From the NCBI GenBank assembly GCA_040357565.1, contig JBDODJ010000022.1: a stretch of 64,000 bases of DNA, one strand, 5' to 3'. How positions within the stretch are numbered: position 1 is the stretch's first letter; each line of letters starts with the position of its first letter. Below the pieces are notes generated by a model that was given only the letters and a program-made list of their open reading frames with translations, was not told the DNA's origin and ran no database searches. Position numbers and translations under genes: made by a program. Below, one piece after another: positions 63,801 through 64,000 of this stretch. The DNA is from Cercozoa sp. M6MM. Lineage: Eukaryota > Protista > Endomyxa: Ascetosporea.

Positions 63801-64000
63801 ACCTGTCGTACGAGGCACACGCAGAGCAACTACACCACAAAATCACTCGGAGGATCAACACACTGAAAAGACTGATTTACACGAGGTCTGGACTCACACA
63901 ATACCTAGCGGTACAGATCTACAAAGCATGGATACTGTCATGCGCTCGATACGGCATCGCGCTCTGGTGGCACAAAATAGGCAGCACAAAATGGAGGAGA
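60882..64000 (+). pseudogene. LINE ORF2 with about three single-base frameshifts
   Basis: Motifs continue in other frames near 60990, 61500-61520 and 63170. Confidence 0.8.

Larger units (their letters stand above)
59651..64000 (+). mobile_element. Non-LTR retrotransposon (LINE, APE + RT), frameshifted, runs off the window
   Basis: APE: ILHQNVN, PDIVCLSET, GTLIY, LILGDLNAKH, TIDL, SDH. RT: KAPGRDKI, WKHATIVMLPKPGK, YRPISLL, LDIKGFFD, PQGAICSP, GYADD at about 63534. A-rich and intronless. 5' boundary uncertain. Confidence 0.93.

Overview
Eukaryotic (probably protist) nuclear DNA that is gene-dense and very intron-rich. Most introns are GT-AG and about 45-80 nt, so the ORF track shows only exon fragments; I reconstructed about 22 spliced genes by hand. 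Recognisable genes: NTMT1/Tae1 N-terminal methyltransferase, an HxxxD CoA-dependent acyltransferase, a GT60 GlcNAc-transferase, a p24/TMED protein, a calcineurin-B-like EF-hand protein, TRAPPC4, a multi-pass membrane TKL kinase, PTAR1, an EEP-family phosphoesterase, HSF, UBXN7 and an ankyrin-repeat protein. There are also three orphan signal-peptide proteins. A frameshifted APE-RT non-LTR retrotransposon runs off the right edge. The most unusual signals are architectural: (1) 5' splice sites follow a GTAC consensus with little +4A/+5G; (2) kilobase domains are about 10-fold enriched in CACGTG and overlap introns expanded by strand-polarised simple repeats such as TTTACCCC/GGGGTAAA; (3) the LINE ORF1 position holds a Thr/Gly tandem-repeat ORF that may be spliced to upstream host-like exons; (4) gene orientation alternates strictly over 25 kb. 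Gene boundaries and all counts were made by eye and are approximate.
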